Below are positions 11,009 to 21,154 of a DNA stretch of 22,705 bases, in pieces (within the stretch, counting starts at the first letter, position 1; each line of letters begins with the position of its first letter). The notes below the pieces were generated by a model. That model was not told the DNA's origin. It ran no database searches and was given only the letters and a program-made list of their open reading frames with translations. The stretch is from Octopus sinensis. Taxonomy: Eukaryota. The position numbers and the translations under genes were made by a program. Where the stretch lies: contig NW_021836744.1 of assembly GCF_006345805.1 (NCBI RefSeq), positions 1 to 22,705 of the forward strand, in the 5' to 3' direction.

Positions 11009-11585
11009 GAATGTGGGTTGTATGTGTGTGTGTGTGGGAGTATGAATAAGTAGTGTGTTGAAGTATTTAGCTATTTTATTTATTTATAGTTCCTAGACGT
11101 TTTTATGTGTATGTATAGGGATATATATATAGGTGTGTGATTTAGTGTATGTAGTTAGATATGGTTATATATAATTAGGTATATGTGTATGGGTGTATAT
11201 ATAGTTTATTATTATCTTATTATTATTTTTTTTTTTTGTTTTTTTTTATATTTATATTTTATTTTAATATTTTATATTAATTGTTGATAGGTTTATTTTA
11301 GTTTATATATTGTTTATATATTGATTATATATGGATTATATATAGGTTATATATGGATTATATATTTACATTTTTTCATCCATACTTTAATTATTTTAAA
11401 TTTATTATTTTTATATTTTAAATATGATATTTTAGATTGGAAGTCCACCTGAAGATTGTCGATCAAGACAAGAAACAATTGTAGTGGCGGTTTTGTTGAC
11501 TATTTATTAAAATTTTATTGTATTGATTAAGTCTTTCCTTGTTTGTTTTTGCAAAATAGTGGTTTTGTCTCTAATAATATTTTTA
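10975..11585 (+). mobile_element. HHR repeat family 1, right arm
   Basis: Inverted copy of 8926-9520, ending in (TA)n. Confidence 0.7.
11445..11487 (+). ncRNA. Minimal type I hammerhead ribozyme, family 1
   Basis: CCAC-CUGAAGA-UUGUC-gaucaa-GACAA-GAAA-CAAUUG-UA-GUGG. Predicted cut after A11483. Confidence 0.85.
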
Positions 11586-11588
11586 TAT

Positions 11589-11625
<37 letters not shown>

Positions 11626-11640
11626 CTATTATATATATAT

Positions 11641-11985
11641 AATACAAAATAGAAAAATGGAGGATACACCTTAATCAATAATCAACTACCAGATAATACC
11701 CAATCACATAATTTATTAACCAACTACATATGAACATCAAGGTCAAACATAATAGTACAGAACAAAACAGTGCACATCAATGAGTAATATGATACAATAA
11801 GTACAATATGTATAAATAAATATAAATATAAATATAAACTATATCTTACAGCTGTTTCAGCCATGCCGATATGAGTATCTCATTATGCTCATATTAGCCA
11901 GGAGTGATAAGTTAATATGTGGTTATAAATGAGACACTTACAAATATATCTCAAGGCCTCTTCAGAGATTATAAAGTACAATCTA
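11641..11985 (-). mobile_element. HHR repeat family 2 (Penelope-like or retrozyme-like)
   Basis: Reverse-complement homology to 21446-21796 over ~350 bp. The 3' end abuts (TA)n. The element may extend further 5' toward ~12250. Confidence 0.75.
11840..11973 (-). ncRNA. Type I hammerhead ribozyme with extended stem II, family 2
   Basis: Minus strand reads UAUAAUCU-CUGAAGA-GGCC-[92 nt]-GGCU-GAAA-CAGCUG-UA-AGAUAUA. Predicted cut between 11847 and 11846. Confidence 0.75.
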
Positions 11986-12560
11986 AATATGAATATCAGA
12001 GAAGGTACACCCATACAAGAATGAGTACATATACATAATTTATAATATACACATACATATAAGTGTATATACACATGCACCTATATATATATATATATAA
12101 TATATACTATAATAATATATAATAATATACATACATATACATAAGGTTACAGTTAGTCAAATCAATATATTAGAATATTATAATATACAAACATACACAT
12201 ATCTATATGCAAATGTACATATACAAAGTCAAGAGTTCATTATATTAAGTTACAAAATGCCATTAATATTATCATTATTAATATTACTATTATTATTATC
12301 ATCATTATTATTAATTATTATTAATAATAATAATAATGATACCAGTAAAATAATATGTGCATCACGCCGTTCACAGTACATATTAGGTGGAAAAAATCCC
12401 ATAGAATACATCAATAGCATATGTATATATATGTATATATATATATATAATTATATTTGCATATAATAGCTAAACAATACCTGAACACATTAATACTACT
12501 TATATATACCTCCTGCTACTACTACAATTACTATCATAAAACGATAAACAATAAACGTCA

Positions 12561-12850
12561 CCCTTTTAAGCCTAGCCAGTCTCATGAGCCCGGTTTCCCG
12601 GTTTCTGTCGCGTATGTGTCCCCCCCCCCAGCTGGACGGGACGCCAGTCCTTCGCGGCGTTACTCAAGAAACAGGAAGAGAGAGAGAGTGAGAGAAAGTT
12701 GTGGCGAAAGAGTACAACACGGGTCGCCCCCCCCCTGCTGGAGCCTCGTGGTGCTTTTAGGTGTTTTCGCTCAATAAACACACACAACGCCCGGTCTGGG
12801 AATCGAAACCGCGAGTCCGCTGCCCTAACCACTGGGCCATTGCGACTCCA
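12561..12850 (-). mobile_element. tRNA-derived SINE, family C
   Basis: The minus-strand head tggcccagtggttagggcagcggactcgcggtttcgattccc has A/B boxes. The body contains gga-ctggcgtcccgtccag, resembling the conserved V/Meta-SINE-type motif. Confidence 0.75.
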
Positions 12851-13386
12851 CAATTACTATGATACCAATATAACTAATAGTATATATTCTCATACTTTGT
12901 ATTTCTACTATTTAGACTTACAATTACTATGAAATAATTATACTAGATTACTACTACGAAACTCTCTCAAAACCTCGTCGGATTACTATATGGAAAGTTA
13001 TACAGAATTTGTATGACACCTAATCTATACCACAATGGATTAAGCAATTCTTATAACCAGAGATAAACTTTTAAGAACGGTTTCTTTCCTTTTATATCTC
13101 TGAAGAATCGTTAAGCAACTTCAATATTATCTTCATTTCGATTCCATTCAGATAAGTCACAGAATCATGAAATGATTGTAAGAATTTTTATGCATCTTAT
13201 TCTCCATTGTACATTCCTGCTCACATCGTTTACGTGGGAATACAATTCTCTGTGTTAATATAATTCTTGTGACTGTTCCAAATATACTTTATTCCATTCT
13301 CTCTTATATTCTAAGATATACATATATGTTTGTTCGTGTGTGTGTGTGTGTGTGTGTAAATACATGATGACAAAAATATATAGAAA

Positions 13387-13803
13387 TATTTCTTTATTAC
13401 CCACAAGGGGCTAAACACAGAGGGGACAAACAAGGACAGACAAACGGATTAAGTCGATTATATCGACCCCAGTGCGTAACTGGTACTTATTCAATCGCCC
13501 CCGAAAGGATGAAAGGCAAAGTCGACCTCGGCGGAATTTGAACTCAGAACGTAACAGCAGACGAAATACCTATTTCTTTATTACCCACAAGGGGCTAAAC
13601 ATAGAGGGGACAAACAAGGACAGACATAGGTATTAAGTCGATTACATCGACCCCAGTGCGTAACTGGTACTTAATTTATCGATCCTGAAAGGATAAAAGG
13701 CAAAGTCGACCTCGGCGGAATTTGAACTCAGAACGTAGCGACAGACGAAATACCGCTAAGCATTTCGCCTGGCGTGCTAACGTTTCTGCCAGCTCGCCGC
13801 CTT
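13387..13803 (-). mobile_element. tRNA-derived SINE, family B, complete dimer
   Basis: Headed unit 13571-13801 plus a headless 184-bp unit 13387-13570. 17-bp TSD ACAA(A/T)AATATATAGAAA at 13370-13386 and 13804-13820. Confidence 0.9.
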
Positions 13804-14149
13804 ACAATAATATATAGAAACTCACTCGCAAACTGCGTTCGTATCACAGCTATTACTCTCACTTCACCTCCTGAATGACGTGGAGAGGGCGCTCTCTTTA
13901 CTACTCCCTCTCTCTCATTGCTATTACTTTCTCTTACTCCCTCCTACTGCGTGATTTCGGACAAATATATACATATGATTTGATTTGATTTGATTTGATC
14001 TAGTTTCAGCTCGTGAGCTGTGGCCATGCTGGGGCTCCGCCATTTGGTGTTGCTACATAATTTTATTTCACAAGTTCTTTTTAGAAATTGACGTATGGTG
14101 CATGAGGGAGTTTGAAAGACATATACGCACACACGCACACACACATACA

Positions 14150-14290
14150 TATATATCTGGCTTTCCGTCTACGGAATCCACTCAAAAGTTTTGGATGTGC
14201 TTGGGATTATATTGTTGCCGAGCAGTGAGTCTGAACCAAAGACCTTATGCTTGGGAAGGAATGTTCTGAAGCAGGTAGCAACGCCTCTGC
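14150..14290 (-). mobile_element. Old degenerate family A SINE 5' remnant
   Basis: tttccgtctacggaatccactcaaaagttttgg...ctgaaccaaagacc resembles the reverse complement of the family A head. Confidence 0.4.
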
Positions 14291-15080
14291 CAAGTAAATC
14301 CTTCTATATCAAATATCTGTTGATATAAAGCTGAATTTAGATTCGCTGTGTGGTTTTTGAGATATGCCAAATTGCCCCCAGTTAATTAGATTTGCTCTTT
14401 GTTTAGAAAACGAATCCAGGAAGGAAGCATTTTTGAGAATTACAAGCAGATCAAGAAATCAAAACTAAATCATGTAATATCTTTGAAATATCAAGTTTAT
14501 TCTCTACACTGTAAGACCTTAAAATGCCTATTCATTACAGTTAATGAAGAACCGGTGATTTTAGGACGGTTTTTTGGCTTCAGAGATATTATCAACAAAT
14601 TCGTTTCTCATACAGATTACCTGAGAGTTATTAGTATTTCAAGACAGATAATAATCAGTATTTTACGTTCTTTAAACCAATTAAATGGTTTTGATTCTTT
14701 TCAGGTCTCACTCAGCAGAATTCTAACGCAAAAAATGAAGACATGACATGTACGGAACAACAATATAGAAACGGCGAAGTTCCTAAATGTTGCAAGATCT
14801 TTTGTACACATACATCATATAAAACTAGAAGTCTCTGGCGGGAATTGTTCAACTGTATCAAAGAGGGAAAAAAAACCATTTTAAACTTTCGGATAATCTA
14901 AGGACGCTACAATTCACCCAATAAGTTCAAAATATCGATGATGATCCTGGAAATATCGTGGAAACTCAAAGAGTGCTATCGCCAAAGAACTTCAGGTGTT
15001 AGAATTGTGGTGCACAATGACATTCGATACAGGGTTTAAATATTGAGGAGAAAGACACAAGAAAACTGTTTGATCCGATA

Positions 15081-15222
15081 CAACCAGTGTTGGTGTGTTT
15101 ACGTCCACGTAACTTAGCGGTTCGGCAAAAGGGACCGATAGGCTTAAAAAATAAATGAATGGAGTAAAATTTCAAGGCGGTGCCCCAGCATGTCCACAGT
15201 TTAATGACTGAAACAAGTAAAA
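15081..15222 (+). mobile_element. Family A SINE 3' fragment
   Basis: ggtgtgtttacgtccacgtaacttagcggttcggcaaaag...ccagcatg...gactgaaacaagtaaaa matches 7000-7155. Confidence 0.7.
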
Positions 15223-15512
15223 TGGTGAAAACAAAGGTAAGCCTTTGACCAACATTTAAACGGGACTTTCTAAAATTAATACGATTTTGTCACATCTTTC
15301 TGGAAGGGCAGAGATTTGAGTGATGGATGGCGGAGTTTCAAAGGGAAACCATTTTATTTACGAAGACACAATACATTATTCCTTCATACTTGCTCTACCA
15401 CCCTGGAAACGACATGGGGGGAAATATCGGCCACAAGGAATCGAACCTGATTCGTGCAGCTTTTAAATTGTCATGAGCCTAACTTAATCTTCTCCGATCA
15501 CTATTTCTGTCC

Positions 15513-15614
15513 CCTATTCGCATATATCTTTCAGTCAGTTTCAATGGTGAAGTTCCAGAGGAGTGAGATGTGATCATTATCAAGCATTGGAGGTGGTTTG
15601 TGTTTCCACCAGTT
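15513..15614 (-). mobile_element. R4/Dong-like LINE relic, endonuclease-proximal part
   Basis: Translates NWWKHKPPPMLDNDHISLLWNFTIETD*KIYANR, matching the W..H.P..V.EN....LLWDF.IQTD......RPD region. Confidence 0.75.
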
Positions 15615-15665
15615 TCTCCGTTTCTTTTAGAGAAACGTTGTCATCTGGTATTTCTTTTTATTATA

Positions 15666-16063
15666 TACTGGCAGTATCGCCCGGTGTTGCTCGGGTTTGT
15701 AAGGGAAATTACTATATAAGCATTTTTAGAGAGTTATAGCCAAAAAATAGCAAAAAATGCATTAAAAATGGAAAAAATGATGGTAATTTTTTTTTAAATC
15801 GTTGACTCATCGTAGACATTTTTAGAGAGTTACTTCCCTTATATAATATCGAAAAAATGCATTAAAATGGAAAAAAAATGATGGTAAATTTTTTTTTAAA
15901 TCGTAGACTCATCGTAGACGCGCGCTAATACCCAGAAGGACTCGATATGAATCACGACTATAAGATACCCGGTTTTGGTTAAACTGCACCGTAAAATGTG
16001 GGAGTAGTTAGGAATCTAAATCGTAGGAGACAGACACACAACTTGACTTTTATAAATAAAGAT
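15666..16063 (+). mobile_element. Non-autonomous Helitron/Helentron-like element with internal ~100-bp tandem duplication
   Basis: Starts TACTGGCAGTATCGCCCGGTGTTGCTCGGG and ends GACTTTTATAAATAAAGAT, the terminal pattern of Lep1/HINE-type elements. T-rich insertion site and no TSD. Repeat units at 15721-15816 and 15817-15918. Confidence 0.6.
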
Positions 16064-16583
16064 TTTTGGTGATTTCTGTTGGGAAGGCTTTGGTCTTGTG
16101 CTGAAATTTAAAATTCTTCAGTCTCTGCTTTGAGTCCTGAGCTTCTCAGCCATTGTCACGGGTTTGCTTTGTCTATTCCTTTTCTGGTTAGCTCAAACCA
16201 ATATTTGTTACGTAGGGACTTTTCTTGCCATCGTTTTATCATGATCCGTTGCTGTTCCAGTTTTAGTTTGGATTTCAGTTGTTTTACGGCTTTTGTTGTT
16301 TCTTCTTTTTCTTCATAATTGTTAGATAATATGACTTCTTTTTTTGGTATTCGTCAGATTCCTTAAAGACGGAAAACAGTATTTTTTCTTTTGTTCGTAT
16401 TTTGTAGCTATTTGCATTAGATTTCCTTGCTTCTCAAATAAATATTTCAATAGTCCTTTGGTGGCTATTTTGTAATAGCTTTCTAGCTGAATAAGGCCTC
16501 TACCACCTTCGATTTGTTGTATATATAACCTTTCTAGTTCAGATTTTGGGTGGTGTATCCCAAATCCTGTCACTATTTTCCTC

Positions 16584-16585
<2 letters not shown>
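16064..16585 (-). mobile_element. R4/Dong-like LINE relic, post-RT region (stops and frameshift)
   Basis: HHPKSELERLYIQQIEGGRGLIQLE (ORF 16322..16573), then W.EKSL...ID....*QWLRSSGLKAETEEF*ISAQDQSL, typical R4-clade motifs. Confidence 0.85.
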
Positions 16586-16650
<65 letters not shown>

Positions 16651-17100
16651 GTTGTTGTCATTATTATTATTATTATCATTGTTATTATTATTATGATTAT
16701 TATTATTATTATTAGATTATTATTATTATTTTTATTATTATTATTCTATGTTTGAGTTTTGCTTTATATTTGTACAAGTTGGCTCCAAGTCTCGCCCAGA
16801 GACCTCAAGAGACAACAGGTTGGAAGTTCATGTTGTTATGCCTAGTGTGCCATATATTTGGGGGGTAGCTTTTGGTGTTGTACTAATGAATGTCTAAAAA
16901 AAAAAAATTTTTTTTTTTTTTTAAACCGAAAATTATTTGTTTTAAACCTTGAGATTACATAGAAAGTATTTTTATTATCATCATATTATTATTATTATTA
17001 TTATTATTATATTATTATTATTATTATTATTATATTATTATATTATTATTATTATTATTATTTTATATTTTTATTATTTTAATTATTATTATTATTATTA

Positions 17101-17142
<42 letters not shown>

Positions 17143-17150
17143 TATATTAT
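16585..17150. repeat. Two (ATT)n tracts (16585-16745 and ~16975-17150)
   Basis: Direct reading. Confidence 0.95.
16745..16895 (-). mobile_element. Possible 3' UTR of an R4/Dong-like LINE with (TAA)n tail
   Basis: Minus strand gtctcttgaggtctctgggcgagacttggagcc...aaacatag runs directly into (AAT)n. Family resemblance is from memory only. Confidence 0.35.
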
Positions 17151-17555
17151 TACTGTTGTTGTTGGCTTTCATTGTTCTTTTTTGTCAAGATTCCTCGAAA
17201 ACGTATTCCGTCAATCGTTTCACTGTTTAATCTTTCGAACAGAGAAAGGCGGTTTAACATGGCGGCCGTTTGATGCGATTAACAAACAGGATGTGTTGCG
17301 TATTGCTTGTTCCGCTTTTACGCCTTTCTTGGAAACAGAGAGATCCTTGAAGATAAGGAAAGAAAGAAATAGAATAAAGAATGCAAGACGAGAAGAGAAG
17401 GACTTAACGGGAAATGGTGAGAGAAATGCAAGTAAAACGACATGAACTCGAAGAAGAATGGTATCTTTAACCAATAAAACTCCGCCTTTTATTTCAAGAA
17501 ATAAACTCCCGACCTTGTTTTTCAGTACATTATTTTGAATGATGTCTCCTATGTT

Positions 17556-17571
17556 CATCATCATCATCATT

Positions 17572-17622
<51 letters not shown>

Positions 17623-17885
17623 GTTTTCTTTTTATGTTGTTAGTTTAAATAATTTTCTCACAGAAATACCTTCTTCTTCTTCTTCTTCTTCTTCTTCTTC
17701 TTCTTCTTCTTCTTCTTCTTCTTCTTCTTCTTCTTCCTTCTTCTTCTTCTTCTTCTTCTTCTTCTTCTTCTTCTTCTTCTTCTTCTTCTTCTTCTTCTTT
17801 TTCCTCCTATTCTTCTTCTTCCATTCTTCGATACTTCATTCTTCATCTTTCTTCTTCTTCATCGTCGTCATCGTCGTCGTCTAAC

Positions 17886-17932
<47 letters not shown>

Positions 17933-18001
17933 CACCACCACCACAACCACTACCACTACCACCACCACTTCTACTACTTCCACCACCATCACCGCCGATG
18001 T

Positions 18002-18065
<64 letters not shown>
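17556..18065. repeat. (ATC)n, (TTC)n and (ACT/ACC)n microsatellites
   Basis: Direct reading: 17556-17621, 17670-17845 and 17885-18065. Confidence 0.95.
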
Positions 18066-18066
<1 letters not shown>

Positions 18067-18604
18067 TCTTAAAATTATTAATTTCATCATTATTGGTATC
18101 GTTGCTGGTAGTTATTTTCGTTGTTGTTGTTGCCGTTGTTAATTGCTGTTGTTGTTGTTTTTGTTTCTGCAGTTCTTTCTTGTTATTGATTCCCAAGTAT
18201 GTTTTAACACGAAATTCCACCATGAAATACGATAAATGGTCTTAGAATTGGATTAGGAAAATATCTTCGGTAAAAAGAAAGAAAACAAGAAAGCTACAAC
18301 AAGAACTTAAAAATCAATGCCGGTTTATGTTAATCGTCAGAGAATTTCAAAGCTGTAGAACCCGGGTTCGATTTCCGTGTTGTTTCTTGTCCAATTTTTA
18401 GTTTCTTTTGTAGAAGGAATCATGAATTATGTTTTGGTGAATAAAATCATTTACGTCGAAGCTCCACCGTCCCTCATCTGCTAACCATCATCTGCCAACC
18501 CATATCTGCCATCCACCATCAAACGATGATTTTTGGAATGGTTGAGTAGTAGTATTCAAAGTAGGACTGTCGTTCTTTCTTTAACCGTCACTGCCGGTAC
18601 CGCC

Positions 18605-18963
18605 TTCACCACAACTACCACCACAACCACCACCACTACCATCACCGCCACCACTACCACCACAACTATCATCAACACTAGCGCTACTAGTACTACTACT
18701 ACCACCACCAACATCAACACCAGCGCCACCAACACCAGCGCCATCACCACCATCACTACCACTACCACCACCAACACCACCATCACTACCTCTACCACCA
18801 CCACCATCAACACCATGTCCAACGCCACCAACACCACCACCACCACTACTACTACTAATACTACTACTACAACAACTACTACCACTACTACTACCACCAT
18901 AACACGACGACGACAACCACCACCACAACAACCACTACTACTACAACAACAACCACCGCCACT

Positions 18964-19002
<39 letters not shown>

Positions 19003-19355
19003 TTACTACTACTACTACTACTACTACTACTCAGTTTTAGCGACAACAATGCCGACGAGATGAAAAACTCGCTCTCCATTAAGTGGTGATCTGCGATTTT
19101 ATTGAAAGACTTCCCTTGCAAAAGATGTCGGGTTTCGAGAATGTGACGGAAGCAAAGGGACGCTCCGTCATTATCGAACGGAAGCAAATGATTCGCCGTT
19201 CCGATCATACTGACATCGATTACCTCTTATTGATTTCTGTTCCAAGTTTCATGACACTACACACACACACGGGCGCGCGCGCACACACACGGGCGCGCGC
19301 GCACACACACACACACATCCTCTGTTTGTCAGTTAGTCTGTCTGTCTGACTCCTG

Positions 19356-19423
<68 letters not shown>

Positions 19424-19632
19424 AGGAACACGTATACACAGTCACAGGTGTTCCATAATCACCGTCATTTTCATCATCATCATCATCATCATCATAGCCG
19501 TCGTCGTCGTCGTCATGCTCATCATCATCATCATCATTATCATCATCATCGCCATCATCGTCGTTGTCTTCATCATCATCGCAATCGTCATCACCACCAC
19601 CATCATTACCATCATCATCATCATCATCATCA
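18605..19632. repeat. (ACC/ACT)n, (CT)n and (CAT)n microsatellites
   Basis: Direct reading: 18605-19030, 19360-19421 and 19460-19632. Confidence 0.95.
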
Positions 19633-19652
19633 TAGTTGTAGTACTGAAAAAC

Positions 19653-19841
19653 AGCGAACTTGGCAGAATCGTTAGCACATCGGGCAAAATGCAAAATGCA
19701 TAGCCGCTCTTAATGTTCTGAGTTCAAATTCCGCCGAGGTCGACTTTGTCTTTCCTTCTGAGCCCTGGGGTCGATGTAATTGACTGATCCCCTCCTTCTC
19801 CCCCTGAATTGCTGGTCATCTGCTAAAATTTGACACCAATA
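19653..19841 (+). mobile_element. Degenerate family B SINE
   Basis: tggcagaatcgttagcac...ttctgagttcaaattccgccgaggtcgactttg matches 20919-21020. Confidence 0.65.
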
Positions 19842-20915
19842 CAGTTCATGTTCTTTCCTTGAAGCTTTAGATTAATTTTATAAAAAAAAGAGCTTATCTT
19901 ATAGAAAATGGCAAGTTCTTAATTATCTGCCGTTGATTATTGGGTACTCACATCGAAGAAATATTTCACGACATTGTCAAATAATTCTAAAGACAATTGT
20001 CCTTATAAAGTCACCGTCTTTGTGTATTGCAGAGGGATTTGTCAAAAGCCTTCCTGGGTTTTTTCTCTCTCTTTTGGTGCATAATTATTGAACTATTCAA
20101 TCACATTTTGTTGAATTTTTGGTCGTATTGATTGTCTTTGCTCTTATTTGGAACGGTCGATGTAGGTCGGGGAAGAAATGTTTTTGCAACAAGACGAAGC
20201 TTATGAATTATGCAGCACATCGTAGTCACATTGAACAGTTCTTTTACAATATAATATTAAATTCCGATATCGACCAATCATACTGGTAGCGCCATACATT
20301 TCACAAGAAATAATATCAACGGAGATATTGTATTCAAATAAAACGCACAGAAATTGAGACAATTAAAAGAAAGAATCACTCTTTGTTTTGTCTCCGATTT
20401 TCAGTAAAAAGCAATTCCTCTTAAAACGCATCGTTATCAAAATACCTTGAAGATGCCATTAGTAAGATGACACTATTACAGACGGTAGAGCCATTCAGCT
20501 GTTTGGATAAATTTTGATCATGAAGCTTTTCAATTAACCGACCTTATATGTAACCCGCCATTCTATCGATCCAACTTTTGATGGTTTTAGCACTTGAAAG
20601 GATAAGATTCGGCCCATGGCTTACATTTTATGCATCCTGGCATCTTTGAAAAAATTTCATTCATCGCGGCTACGCACAGTTTGTTGCTTTTTGGCAATTA
20701 ATACAGATTTTGTTCTTTGAGTATAATAAAATAGAAGCTTGTATATGCATATACAAAGTGAACTTGAAGTATGTGTATATGTATATATGTATGTATATAA
20801 ATATGTATATATTGGTTGCAGTGTATTCTGTTCAGAACTTATTAGAGTACAAAATAGAGCTCGTTCACCCTTAGAATTACCAGATATCCGGCAGTATTAT
20901 GGTAAAGTACCAATT

Positions 20916-21154
20916 AAAGGCGGCGAGCTGGCAGAAACGTTAGCACGCCGGGCGAAATGCTTAGCGGTATTTCGTCTGCCTCTACGTTCTGAGTTCAAAT
21001 TCCGCCGAGGTCGACTTTGCCTTTCATTCTTTCGGGGTCGATAAATTAAGTACCAGTTACGCACTGAGTTCGATGTAATCGCCTTAATCAGTCTGCCTGT
21101 CCTTGTTTGTCCTTTCTGTGTTTAGCCCCTTGTGGGTAGTGAAGAAATAGGTAT
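20916..21154 (+). mobile_element. tRNA-derived SINE, family B, monomer plus 5 nt of a second unit
   Basis: Full head and B-box gagttcaaattcc. Exact 10-bp TSD AGTACCAATT at 20906-20915 and 21155-21164. Confidence 0.9.

Noticed and set aside
14399-14746. 115-aa ORF
   Set aside because: It has a TTG start, AT-rich composition and no recognisable motifs. The length is compatible with chance.
18355-18380. cccgggttcgatttcc B-box-like string as a tRNA gene
   Set aside because: There is no A-box or cloverleaf. SINE heads elsewhere are likewise tRNA-derived but are not tRNA genes.
20037-20055. DLSKAF, resembling an RT motif
   Set aside because: It is an isolated six-residue match with no flanking RT similarity.
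20554-20601. PAILSIQLLMVLALER, resembling GPCR TM3 with an ER motif
   Set aside because: The frame has several upstream stops, the nearest Cys is 33 rather than 25 residues before the Arg, and no other TM segments follow.
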